Positions 27,106 to 40,400 of a stretch of DNA of 64,000 nt are shown here, in pieces. Every line of letters starts with the position of its first letter. Positions within the stretch are counted from its first letter, which is position 1. The position numbers and the translations under genes are program-made. Under the pieces are notes generated by a model that worked only from the letters and a program-made list of their open reading frames with translations, was not told where the DNA came from and ran no database searches. Source of the stretch: Paraspadella gotoi (Eukaryota > Animalia > Chaetognatha); assembly GCA_051294375.1 (NCBI GenBank), contig CM119270.1, forward strand, positions 1,834,091 to 1,898,090, read 5' to 3'.

Positions 27106-28376
27106 GAGAGAGACAGAGAGAGGGAAACTTTTAAAAGTTCAATTAAATGTGTCTTTTGGTTTTCTAATGTAAACTTTTTTAAACTTTACGATTCCATCAA
27201 AAATTTATATCGTTTCTTTTCATTTAGTTAGTTTTGACCACGAATTGTTTTACCATTGTTTTTGACTTGTTATTTTCTGTCTTTGCTTATGATTTCATAA
27301 TCATTACATGTTGAATTTTTTTTTTTTTTTTAAGATTAATTTTTTTTATTAAAAAAGATATTACCATGACAATGACAATAATTCAAATCATAAAGGATCC
27401 TGAATGACATTAAACTTAAAATGAAAAATACGGAAAACTTGTCTCAATTTTCAATCTAAATATGTCGCCAAGTTAGTCACCTCATATCCCACTTAATCAC
27501 ATACTTTCCTACCCATATACAAAATTTCATTTCAATTTATCTATCCAATTTCAATCAATATAATAATTAGGAGTAAATATAAGTAAAAATAAAGTAAATA
27601 TGATTTTTGTTTTATCCATTTAAACTCATTTCCACTCGAGCAATTCCATCGAAACTCTATATCCAGCTTAATCACATACTTTCCTACCCTCATACAAAAT
27701 TTCAAGTCAATTGCCCCATCCACTCATGAGTAATTGGCGTTCCAATAGTTAAATAGATTTTTTTTGTTTTTTCCATTTAAACCCATTTCCACTCGCACGA
27801 TTCCACCGAAACTTTATATCCAGCTCAATCACACACTTCCCTACCCACACACAAAATTTCATTCCAATCCATCCATCCAATCACTAGTAATTGGAGTATA
27901 ATGCTAAGGGGGGATGGACAAACGGACGGACACCATTTTTTTTTGCATAATTTATCATAATTTGATGTTCTGACATGAGATTAAATGGAAAAAACAAAAA
28001 AGTATTTTTCACTACTTGAACGCCATTTACTAATGAGTGGATGAGGCGATTTACTTCAAATTTTGAATGTGGGTGGGAAAGTGTGTTATTAAGCTAGAAA
28101 TCAAGTTTCGATGGAATCGTCAGAGTGGAAATGAGTTTAAATGGAAAAAACAAAAACCTGTTTCTCTAATCGATTATGCTTCTTTTTCTTTTTATATTAA
28201 ATGTAAATGCAAGATATATTAATTAATCAAATAATTAAACAGTTAATTAATCAATTAGTCAATTAATTAATCAATAATTAATTAATCAGCAATTATTCAA
28301 TCAATTAATTATTTAATCAATCAATTTATTTACTATTTATTAATTATTCAATCAATCAATTTATCTATTAAATAAT

Positions 28377-28420
<44 letters not shown>

Positions 28421-31400
28421 TAAGTCAATCGTTATCGGCATTATTGTCGTCGTCGCCATTGTCGTCGTCAGTGCTTTTGTCATGGTTAATGTGAAAAGTC
28501 CTAAAAACAAACATTTTCGATCAAATTAATTAATTTATAATTGCCTAATTAATTTATTAATTAACTTGAATTAATTAAATATTTAATTAATTACCGCTAA
28601 TGATCGTGGGCAGATCCAACATTTGTTTTGCTCAAACTTGTTCTATCTCTCTTATATGTAGCGATTTATCCATAAATTCTGCTCTTACAATGAAATAGAT
28701 ATGTTATTTTAAACAAAAATTCCATCTTCTTTCTCATCGACCTTCCTAAGTGCATCGCAACGGGCAATAAAAACGGAGGAAAATCTTTTCGCAAGCTCAG
28801 AGTAAACAAGAAGATTTCGGAATCTTCCTTTTACCGATGTATGTTCTTTTCGACAGGGAATTTCGTTTTTCGTCAATAGATGATCATTATCTCCCAGTAA
28901 ACTGTGTTTTTGTTAAACGAACGAATCTAAGTGTCTACAGCATTACTACAGGGCGTCTTTATGTAAATAATCTAGTACAAAATGATCGCGAGAATTACAA
29001 AATCAACGTCAATTGCTAGGAGGTATAGAAAGCCAAAGAATCAAGAGCGAGGATGAAGCACACGATGGAGTAGGGTGAAATACAGAGAGGAGAAAGAGAG
29101 AGAGGAGAGAGACGAGAAGAGAGAGAGAGAGAGAGAGAGATAAAGAAAGAAGAGGTTTGCAGTATATTGAAGAGACGAATTATTTGAAGAGAGGATCGCA
29201 TGTTTGATACGGCTCGCCACAAGAGACACTTTGCATGGTATAACGTTGCAAGGGCATCAACAGAGTCATCGAATATACGGTGAATCTAAAAATTGTATGA
29301 ATAAAAAGACAAGATAAATACCAAAAAAAAAGAAAGTAAAAAACAGTTAAAATGCCTTATCTTAAAGGATTCTCAACGGAAGACTGTTCATCCATTTCGT
29401 GCGGGCACATAAACCGTAGAGACATAGTGCCATGAATTTCCAAGTAAACCCAATTGAAAGATCATTTTATCCTCTTGAATTCGCCGTATGCCCGAACGAA
29501 AAATTTGCGTTCAGGGAAAATCGCAAAAAAATGAAGAAAAAGATCCACTTAATTCGACGCAAATTGCCAAACGCGGTAAACGTTAAATCTATTCCTTTAT
29601 ATCGGTTTTACCCCCCCGTTTTTTATGCCGTGAATGCATAATGTGTATCCAATGTTTTTTTCATTGTATCAAATTAATCGTTTATCTACTCTTTTTTAAA
29701 ACTCTTTGAAAAGACAGGTGAAATCAAACCTTGACAACACACGCGATTTCTTTCATATTTCATTGCCTTGATTAGTTGCCTAAATGTTTCTACGACTCCT
29801 TGATAGCAAACAATCTGCCCATTGAGTGTCCCAATCAATAATGTTCGAGTTTCTCATAAATTCCGATTTATGATATTTTTTTCGCTGACCAATTTGAAAT
29901 TTGAGAAAAAACAAGAACATTCATTATTCATCGAATTCATTTCCGTTTACTTCGTAGTACAGACATGCGCAAAAATAAGACACTCTTGCGAACTTAAGCC
30001 GTGAATGATTTTACGCACATATTATGAATGTAGATTTTAAAATTGCAAAAATCCATATATATGTAGTTGAAAGAAAATCGGTCCAAGCATTCAAGAGCTA
30101 TATAGCTCCCGAAAGACAAAGTGGCCAAAAATAAAATAAAAAGAAAAACATTTTGAAGATCTGCCAAAAACCGAGATACTTTTTAGGCTTTAATTTATGG
30201 GCCTTGTATATAATGTTTTCTAAAAAAAATATGAGAAATCCAATGTTAGCACTTAAAAGAAATCGGTGCAGTCATAATCTAGCAGCTACAGCAATCTTAA
30301 ACACACAACGAGGTTAAAAACTTTACACCCATCTTCTGACCCTGACAATATCTGAGTACTGAGTAGTACTATGTTCTTATTAAAGTTTTGAGCAAAACAA
30401 TGTGCGGATCTGCCCACAGATACATTTAGCGTAATGCCAGATAAATAAATAAACTACACATACAATACTATAGTCAGAATAATTAACACACTAACGTACA
30501 AATAATTTGTTTTAACAACCTATTATTATTATTTTCGCAACTTTATAATTGCTTTTTATTACATCGCATCATTTTTCATTAACTTAGCATCGACATTTTT
30601 TCAACTTGCATCATTTTTTCAAACCTTTGCATAAATTTTTTCACTTGCATAATTTTTTTCCAACCATGCATAGATTTTTTTCAAACGCTTGCATAACATT
30701 TCTTAAACCTTGCATCATTTTTCAAAATTTGGACATCATTTTTTTTAACTTGCATCATATTTTTTTAAACTTGCATCATTCAAGTCATTTAACTTGCATC
30801 ATTTTTTGCAAACTTGCTTAATTTTTTCAATTGCTTTCACGTTTTTACAAACTTGCTGACCATTTTTTCCAACTTAACAACATAATATTTTTTCAACCTT
30901 GCATAAATTTTTTTTACGATGTGCATCGTTTTTTCAACTCACATATACTTTTTTACTATGCAACTCAATTTTTTTTAACATTGCGATCATTTGTTACAAC
31001 TTGCATCATTTATTGCATCTGTTTAATCATTTATTTTAAACTAGCATCATTTTTTCAAAAAAAACTTGCACCTCTTTTTTTCAACTTGCCATCAGATCTT
31101 TTTTCAACTTGTATCAATTCTTTCATTTGGCATCAATTCTTTTTAACCATTGCATCCACTTCCTTTTAACTTGTATAATATTTTTTTTTTTTCTAATTGA
31201 ATCATTTTTTCCAGCTTAATTAATTAATTAATAATTAATTAAGACATGTCATGAGTCGCATAAATAAAGTAGAGTTAGATAAGTCAGACTTGACCTTTGG
31301 GTGTTTTTTTTCATGCACAAGCCATCACTCCTTGATAAAATGCTCAATCNNNNNNNNNNNNNNNNNNNNNNNNNTTAACAAAAAATTCCATCTTCTTTTA

Positions 31401-34122
31401 TCGACTTTAGTCATCACGCATAAAACGGGGAAAATCTTTTCGCAATCNNNNNNNNNNTTTATTAATTAACTTGTTAATTAATTGTTTGCTTAAACTTGTT
31501 CTATCTCTCTTATAATGTAACTCAAAAGTTCCAAAGTGTCGCTTTATCCTATATGTGACATTTAAAACAAAAACGTTTACAAAAAAACATATTTTGGGTG
31601 CAGTCTTTGAATTTTTAAAGGTTGAAGCAGACCAAAATGGAGATTGAAAGGTTCAGAGATGTGATGGTCACAAAAAAATTTGTTTAACTTACCCAGTTTC
31701 CCATTTCTCGTAAAAGCTCTGGAGATGTCCCAAGCATTCTTACTTCGCTATTTGTCTTCATTTAATGTAGGCCTGCAAAAAAAATGTCAGTAAAATTTGT
31801 TACAACCGGTATAAAAATTTATCCAAATTTATTAAATAAATAGACTATCTTGCCCCTGACTTTAGACAGATTCCAACTCATAATACCAAATAATGTTATA
31901 TGGCCTTATCCATAATCATGTCACTTTCAACTCAAATCACAATTTAAAACTAATTACATACCGGTTTTATTGAATAATTTTGAACTTTAAAACTTTATTT
32001 TACTTTTTTTCTGAAAACTTTTTTAGCAGCCAGTTTTTGAGCACGGCACTACCACCATCAGTTTAAAGTATCATCATCTTTTTTGCATTATATTTAACAT
32101 TAAATGTTTAAAGATGATTATCGAATATTATTATCTAGTATTTTTTTTTTTGGAAAAAAATAAAATCGCCGACTGGAATTCTCAAAAAAAATTAAATTCT
32201 TGCTACAGAAATCGTTTGCTCCCTCACAGTGATCCAAAAAAAATTAAAAACCGGATAAAAGCCACTGTGGAACATACGCATAAAATACCTATTCAGTCTT
32301 TCCATAGTAACTGCTACGAAGTCTTAGTGTAAGATACAGTTACAAAAATTATTCTTTCAAGTTATAAGCAAATCTCTAAATTCGGGTGAGTCTTTGGATG
32401 ATGTTGTGTTTCACCCACTATGGGTGGAAGAAAAATATTTGCTTTGTTATTGGTATCAGCCACTTTGTCTAGTTTGGTCAAAACAAATAAAAATATTTTC
32501 ATTAATATGTGACTATTAAGGCAAAGTAAAATTTCTAAATTTAATTTAATTAAAAATTTCTAAAAGTTAAGTAACGAACAACATTATACTAATAAACATT
32601 TTATGTATAAAAAAAACTTTATAATAAATTTTACAATTTACGCAGTAGGCCATATTTATACTAGTATTAATCCAATTAAATGTTAAAATTTAAAAAACAA
32701 TTTTTCTAAAGAATTTTTTGCAGATTTGGATTCGTCATGAAAAGTTGATAAAAAGAAATAACCTCTTTTGAAACCTTCATTAAGTGGCGTCAAAAATTAG
32801 AAAAAAGAGCTATATTTTAAACTGAAAATTAAATCTTTTGCTATGATATTAAATATAGTTTTTTAATTTTTAACCCACTTAATGAAATAATTTTTAAAAA
32901 GCATTTATAGTTTCTTAATCAACTTTTGACGAAAAAATTCAAAATCTGCAATCAAAATAAGAAAAGCCTTATTTTGAAAATTTTTGATTTTTATAAGGCA
33001 TAGTACTATATTATAATAAGGCGGGGCAAAATGAACACTTTTTATAAATTTAATTCTCTCAAAAAAATTCTCTTTTTTCCTTCTATTACAATTCGATTTC
33101 AATGCAACTTTTTGAATTAGTTCATTGGGTTTGTTTGCACTGAAGCTTTTTAAATATTTATTAATAGTATAAACATATGACAAAAATTTTTTTTTTATAA
33201 AATTAGTTTAGACGGATTTCCTATAGCGCTTGAAAGTTCAAATGAAAGTTAGTACTACAATTTTAAAAATTTTTGACAAGAAAATGGTAAAAACAGAAAA
33301 CTTAAAAATCATCATCATCATCATCATTGGCTGATTTTATAGTTTTTAAAATTTTTACAATTAAACAAAAAAATTTTAAAAATTTGTATTAATAACCTTT
33401 ATCTAACTTTTAAAGCTCTATCAGAATCCATTAAAAAAAATTGAAAATTCAAAAAAAAATTTTAACTTTATATAGTAATAAAATAATCTTTAAATGCTTC
33501 GTGCGCTTATTAATAAGATAATTTTTTTTAAAATATTTTTATTTTCCATATTCTCTAACAGTCACTTTATCATTATTTATTGAGAGAACTTCTAGTTTTC
33601 ACCTGTTCCGGCCTAATATATTAAATATAGGCTACTGCGAAAATTAAAAAAAAAACATAAAATAATTTAAAAAAAAATAATAATGTTCACTGATGGTATA
33701 ATGTTCATATTGACTTTTAGAATTTATGCAACGTAACTTTCACTAAGCTCTAGTCACTATGATGATATGGAAAAACATTATGATTCTTTCTTTTCGTTGT
33801 GTTTATAAATTAGGAAAACAGTTTTTTTAAAGTCAACAACGATTTTTATTATTAGATATAATTATAAGTCGAACAAGTTTCAACTCTTATTAAGAGTCTT
33901 CTGAGCGATCTTTAACAATCAACAATTTTCTCTCTTTAACATTAGCTTGAGAGTGAGAGAGAGAGAGAGAGAAAGAGAGAAAGAGAGAGAGAGAGAGACA
34001 GAGTGAGAGAGAGAGAGAAGGAGGGAGATTCCAACAAAGAATTAGAAAGGACAGTGGTCAGATGTAGAGGACAGGTGAAGGTAGGACAGGGAAGAGATAA
34101 GATTGGTTGAAACTTGAAAGGT

Positions 34123-34176
<54 letters not shown>

Positions 34177-37100
34177 GCAACAGAGGCAGAAAAAATAATT
34201 ACATTTAGCAATGTACAACAGAATAATAAATGGAAACACTTAATACTAAACTAGTAATAACAAAGAAATTAATAATTTAGTAACTATTAAGAATGAAATG
34301 TGAAAGGGAAAATAAGTGTTAGGATAGATAAGTGAAGATGTAGTGAAAGTAAGATAAAGAAAAGACCTCAAAAAAGAGCTGCCCCCCCCGGCTGGCAAAT
34401 GTAGATGTGAGCGATGTGATCGGGTCATTGGCTTGTCATAGACTGGAAGTGCATTGTAGAGGCTTGGGTATGATTCCCAAGCCGTTCTAATATCCCTAAA
34501 GAGTTGAAACTTGTCCGACTTATATCTAATAATAAAAATCGTAGTTGACCTTTAAAAACTTTTTTTCCTGATATAAAAAAACATAGTAAAACCTTATAGA
34601 ATTTCAGCCGATGTCAATCAACCAAATTTAGTTCCTAATGATACATCTTTCTCATTAATCAGTCAATCAATTTAATCTCATCCGCATTTTCGTCCGCCAT
34701 TTTTTGAGAAATCCATAAATGCTTTTCATTCAAAAAAATAACAAAAAGAATTGATATTCTTCAGAAATTACCATATGATTCTTTTCTTGATTGATTTTCG
34801 ATTTTAATTTTAAAAAAGATTAAAGATTTAGCAAACATACACCTATTACTTATAATATAAATATAAAAAGAATATTAAGTTAGGTAATTTCTTTTTAATA
34901 TTAAAATTATAAATAAAAGTCGTTCAACTATCATAAATAATTTTTAAGAACCAAATTTATCGGTTAAATAATATTTTTTCAAAATCAATCTTAAACATTG
35001 AAACTTTTCCAACAACCTCAGAGGGCTTCTATGATAATCAGCATACGAGGAAAAAGTGTTTTTGCCAAAAAAAAGGTTTATTCCGAAAATTTAGTCATTT
35101 GGATTACTGTGTCTCTGTTCGAACGCCGTCTCAAAACTTTACCTTATTTGGAAGTGTTTTTTAGAATATTTTACTTTACAAATATAAACCAAATTTTCTC
35201 TCTCTCGACGTATAAAAATGAATACCACATTGTACAATTAGCCTATTCGATTCCATTCGCTTTCAAATTTTTAAGAAATTTATTATTTTATTTGTTCGCC
35301 ATTGTTATCTCACCCCATCCACTCCAATACTTTTTAGTCTATATCTCTAAAATAAAAACATCAAATTACTAATAATGTATTGTTGTTTTTCTTCCGTTTG
35401 AATATATTACATTTCGTTCCACATTAGGTTCTTGAAACCGAATTTTAATTTCATGAATTAAATATAAAAGCTTTTTGATTTTTGGATTAAAGATCGAGAC
35501 AAAAGCCTCATGGATATAAAAAAAATGATAAAAGTATATGTCATAAAGATAAACATTAAATTTGTCGCAAAGATTAGTTATAAAACCGCAACAAGCTCTT
35601 ATCTAACCAATTTATTTTTCACATTTAGCATTTATCTGGACAAATCATTTCTTTACAAAAGTTGTCCTTACATATTTAACTAAATTATCACATCAGTTAT
35701 CTATTTTTAAGTTTCCTAAATTACTTTAAAATATTCTAATATGAGATATGTTACCTAATAATTACCATAAAATAATAAATTTGGCTTAATGTTATTAAAA
35801 CAAACCAACACTTTCCCTTATTTCTTACTTACTGATAAATAAAGTGGGACTCCTACTCATACTTTTTTTTTACTTTTGTCCATATTGATGAAGAAGATTT
35901 TTTAAAGTAAAATTGAGAAGTCAAAGGCAAATATAGAAGACTCTCTTTTAACCGAAGTTCTTACCCAAGTTCAAACATGGGATCATACCAGGTAGGCTGC
36001 AATTTTCTGGCAAAAATTTTGATAGTTTTACAACAAAATATTTGTCAACCTGGGAAAAAAAAGAATTTAAATAAACCATATCATTATATATAGCCTATGA
36101 TAGCCAGATAGTTTACCAAACAATGGTACTCTCATCTTTCCATGAACAAGTTAGCGTCATGGTGAAGATAAACTCATTGCTTTTGCCAGATCAAAACAGA
36201 GCAGAGCTTGACCTATTTTAAAAAGAAGAAAAAAAGTAATATACGTTTATCCACTATTACGTGTTCCTAAAAAAGTTACAGTTTTAAAAAAATGTTTATC
36301 AACGTAGTATAATAAAAATTGAGAAACCTTCCAGTTGTTACTGAGGTTTTTTGTCGCTGTAGGCAAAGTAGATCATGAAGACTCCGCGATACGAAAAGTC
36401 GGTGAGAACTAATCCAGGATTACAGTTGACGACGGCACCGACAAAAGGGGTTATGATATATCATCCAGGCGCAAAGTTTAAAAGTTCGGAAGTGTTTATA
36501 GAGAATTTTCATTCGGGCAATTTTACATAATGGAACCTAAATCAGATCTTAAGAGAAAGGTCATTTACCTTAACAACGCGTAATCTTTTGATGTATTAGA
36601 GCTAATACATCGAAAAATACATCGTAATCACCAGTAAATCACCAAACAAGTTGAGCAAACAATGCCGATAATTAAGCGGTAATAAAGCTAATCCGATGAT
36701 CAATCATGGTTAATATTTTCTGACTTTCTATTTGTTATTCTTAACAATCATAACAAATTTTAACATAACAATCATAAAGACTTCTTAATATATCTTTGAA
36801 AAATCTATAAATCAATTGGATCTATCAATTTTGCAAATTTGGTCAACTTGCATAATTTGACTAACTTGCATAATTTAATCAATTGCATTATTTGGTCAAC
36901 TGCATAATTTGGTGAACTCGCATAATTTGGTCATCTGGCGTAATTTGGTCACTGGCATAATTTGTTCAACTGATATAATTTAGTCAACTGGCAATAATTT
37001 GCGTCAACTGGCATAAATTTGCTCAATTGGCATAAATTTGACAACTGGCATATTTTGCTTAACGGCATAATTGGCTCAACTGGCATAATTTGCTCAAGTG

Positions 37101-37389
37101 CATAATTTAATCAAGTTGCATTATTTGGTCAACTGGCATAATTTGGTCAACTGGCATAATTTGTTAACTGGTATAATTTGTCAACTGACATAATTTGGTC
37201 AACTGGCTTAATTTGCTTAAACTGCATAATTTGCTCAACTGGCATAATTTGGTCAACCAGCTAATTTGTCAACTGGCATAATTTGCTCAACAGGCATAAT
37301 TTTGTCAACTTGCAAAATTTGGTCATTTAAATATTTTAGCTCAACTGCCATAATTTTGTCTATCAATCAATCAATCAATCAATCAATCA

Positions 37390-37431
<42 letters not shown>

Positions 37432-40400
37432 CAAGAGAGATATAGAGAGAGGGAAACTTTAAAAATTCAAATAAATGTGTCTTTTGGTTTTCTAATGTAA
37501 ACTTTTTTTAAACTTTACGATCCATCAAAAATTTATATCGTTTCTTTTCATTAGTTAGTTTTGACCCAGAATTGTTTTACATTGTTTTTGACTTTTATTT
37601 TCTGTCTTTGCTTATGATTTCATAATCATTACATGTTGAATTTTTTTTTTTTTTAAGATTAATTTTTTTATTAAAAAAGATATTACCATGACAATGACAA
37701 TAATTCAAATCATAAAGGATCCTGAATGACATTAAACTTAAAATGAAAATACGGAAAACTTGTCTCAATTTTCAATCTAAATATGTCGCCAAGTTATCAC
37801 CTCATATCCCACTTAATCACATACTTTCCTACCATATACAAAATTTCATTTCAATTTATCTAATCCAATTTCAATTTCAATATAATAATTAGGAGTAAAT
37901 ATAAGTAAAACATAAAGTAAATATGATTTTTGTTTTATCCATTTTAACTCATTTCCACTCGAGCAATTCCATCGAAACTCTATATCCAGCTTAATCACTA
38001 CTTCCTACCCTCATACAAAATTTCAAGTCAATTGCCCATCCACTCATGAGTAATTGGCGTTCCAATAGTTAAAGTAGGATTTCTTTGTTTTTCATTTAAA
38101 CCCATTTCCACTGCAAGATTCCATCCGAACTTTATATCCAGCCTCAATCATACACTTTCCTACCACACACAAAATTTCGATCCTAATCCATACATCCAAT
38201 CACTGAGTAATTGAGTATAATGCTAACGGGGATGGACAGACGGACACACATTTTTTTTTGCATAATTTATCATAATTTGATGTTCTGACATGAGATTAAA
38301 TGAAAAACAAAAAAGTATTTTTCACTATTTGAACGCCATTACTAATGAGTGGATGAGCGATTTACTTCAAATTTTGAATGTGGTTGGGAAAGTGTGTTAT
38401 TAAGCTAGAAATCAAGTTTGATGGAATCGTCAGAGTGGAAATGAGTTTAAATGGAAAAACAATAACCTGTTTCTCTATTGATATGCTTCTTTTCTTTTTA
38501 TATTAAATTGTAAATGCAAGATATATTAATTAATCAAATAATTAATCAGTTAATTAATCAATTAGTCAATTAATTAATCAATATTAATTAATCAGCAATT
38601 AATCAATCAATTAATTATTCAATCAATCAATATTTATTTACAAATTAAGTAATTAATTATTCAATCAATCATTTATCTATTAAATAATTATTAATTCTTC
38701 AATCAATCAATCACAATCAATCAACATCATCAATAGTCATCGGTTATACGGCCATTAATTGTCAGGTCGTCGAGCCATTGTGCGATCCTCAGATGCTTTT
38801 GTCATGGTTAATGTGAAGGTCCTCAAAAACAAAACATTTTTCGAATGCAAATTAATTAATTTATAATTGCCTAATTTAATTTTAATTAATGAATAACTTT
38901 ATTAATTAATTCGTATGATCGTGGATACCACATGTTACTTAATTGTTCTATCTCTCTTATAATGTAATTATTCATATTGCTCTACAGATGAATAAATGTT
39001 AATTTTAACATAAAAAATTCCTATCTTCTTTGCTTCGACTTTATCNNNNNNNNNNNNNNNNNNNNNNNNNATATGTGTATCCAATGTTTTTTTCATTGTA
39101 TCAAATTAATCGTTTATCTACTTTTTTTAAAACTCTTTGAAAGACAGTGAATCAAACCTTGACAACCGCGATTTCTTTCATATTCATTGCCTTGATTAGT
39201 TGCCTAATGTTTCTACGCTCCTTGATAGCAACAATCTGCCCATTGAGTGTCCCAATCATAATGTTCGAGTTTCTCATAAATTCCGAATTTATGATATTTT
39301 CGCTGACCAATTTGAAATTTGAGAAAAAACAAGAACATTCATTATTCATCGAATTCATTTCCGTTTACTTCGTAGTACAGACATGCGCAAAAATAAGACA
39401 CTCTTCGAACTTAAGCCGTGAATGATTTACGCACATATTATGAATGTAGATTTTAAATTGCAAAATCCATATATATGTAAGTTGAAAGAAAATCGGTCCA
39501 AGCATTCAAGAGCTATAGCTCTCGAAAGACAAGTGGTCCAAAAATAAAATAAAAGAAAAACATTTTTTGAAGATCTGCCAAAAACCGAGAATACTTTTTT
39601 AGCTTTAATTTATGGGCCTTGTATATATGTTTTCTAAAAAAATATGAGAAATCCATGTGTAACTTAAAAGAAAATCGGTCCAGTATTCTATTTTGAGCTA
39701 CAGCATTCTTAAACACAAGAGGTTAAAAATACACCCATCTCTCTCCTTGACATTCTGTCTGAGTAGTTACTTTTTATTAAAGTTTTGAGCAAACAATGTC
39801 GGATCTGCCCACGATAATAATTGCGGTAATCAGATAAATAAATAAATAATTCTATATGTTAAGTAATAATTACAAATAATAGTACAAAATAATTTTTTTA
39901 ACTATTATTATTTTTTCTACTTTAAAATCTTTATTTTTTCGCATCCATTTTCTAACAGCATCATTCTTTTCAAGACTTGATCATTTTTTCACCTTGTCAA
40001 TATTTTTTCAACTGCATAATTTTTTTCAAACCTGCATAATTTTTACTTTGTCATACCATTTTTAAACTTGCATCATTTTTCAAAATTTGTATCATTTTTT
40101 TTAACTTGCATCATTTTTTCAACTTGCATTATTAATTTTAACTTTGCACTCAAATTTTTTTCAACTTGCTGTAATTTCTTTCAATTTGCTTCGTTTTTAC
40201 AACTTGCTTACTTTTCAACTTAAACATAATTTTTTCAACTTGCCTAACTTTTTTTTTAAACCTGCATCGTTTTTTTTCACAACTCACATATATTATTGCT
40301 TATACTTGCATCTATTTTTTAACTTGTGCATCATTTTTACAGACTTGCATCATTTTTTCCATATCCAACTTTTGATCTATTTTTTTAATCACCATTTCAA

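Noticed and set aside
28100-28130. CTGACGA..GAAA on the minus strand as a hammerhead
   Set aside because: The 7 nt between the boxes cannot form stem II, and other copies of this repeat do not conserve CTGANGA.
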